From Candidatus Fervidifonticultor secundus (lineage in GTDB: Bacteria; Sysuimicrobiota; Sysuimicrobiia; Sysuimicrobiales; Humicultoraceae): a DNA stretch of 64,000 nt. The position numbers were made by a program, and so were the translations under genes. The stretch covers positions 104,708 to 168,707 of the forward strand of contig JAVKIP010000004.1 of assembly GCA_031459385.1 (NCBI GenBank), written 5' to 3'. Below are positions 63,921-64,000 of the stretch, one piece after another. Position 1 is the stretch's first letter, and each line of letters begins with the position of its first letter. Below the pieces are notes generated by a model that had not been told where the DNA came from, ran no database searches, and saw only the letters and a list, made by a program, of their open reading frames with translations.

Positions 63921-64000
63921 ATGGCGAAGCCGAAGTTTGAGCGGACGAAGCCGCACGTGAACATAGGGACGATCGGGCACGTGGACCATGGGAAGACGAC
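63921..64000 (+). CDS. tuf: Elongation factor Tu (3' truncated by window)
   Basis: [35 protein letters not shown]. Confidence 0.97.
   Translation, partial: MAKPKFERTKPHVNIGTIGHVDHGKT

Overview
A very GC-rich bacterial chromosomal segment made mostly of core genes, nearly all on the + strand. Envelope markers (LptF/G, a TonB receptor, an SLH plus beta-barrel outer-membrane tether, periplasmic-type binding proteins) together with GuaB3, DUF3084 and DUF881 suggest a diderm Terrabacteria lineage, possibly Armatimonadota-like (inference). In order, the window holds: an envelope cluster; a cobalamin-riboswitch-led btuB-DUF6580-tonB cassette; an OmpM-like gene with a long leader; a HEPN-MNT pair; pyrD-pyrF-pyrE with a PyrR-type RNA element; hpt-guaB3-guaA-pcrA behind tandem NrdR-like boxes; two peptide ABC clusters, one led by an Xis-like HTH gene and containing an internally deleted binding-protein remnant; gatCAB; an RlmD-like protein that has lost its catalytic motifs; dnaE; polA-coaE-uvrB(intein)-uvrA-uvrC; five tRNAs; a divergent diguanylate cyclase/histidine kinase pair; and the start of tuf. 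I found no CRISPR array, integrase or transposase. The most novel-looking signals are the NrdR-like operator pair on a GMP-synthesis operon, the RlmD pseudoenzyme, and the BtuCDF-less B12 cassette. All calls come from reading motifs by eye; no database search was run.
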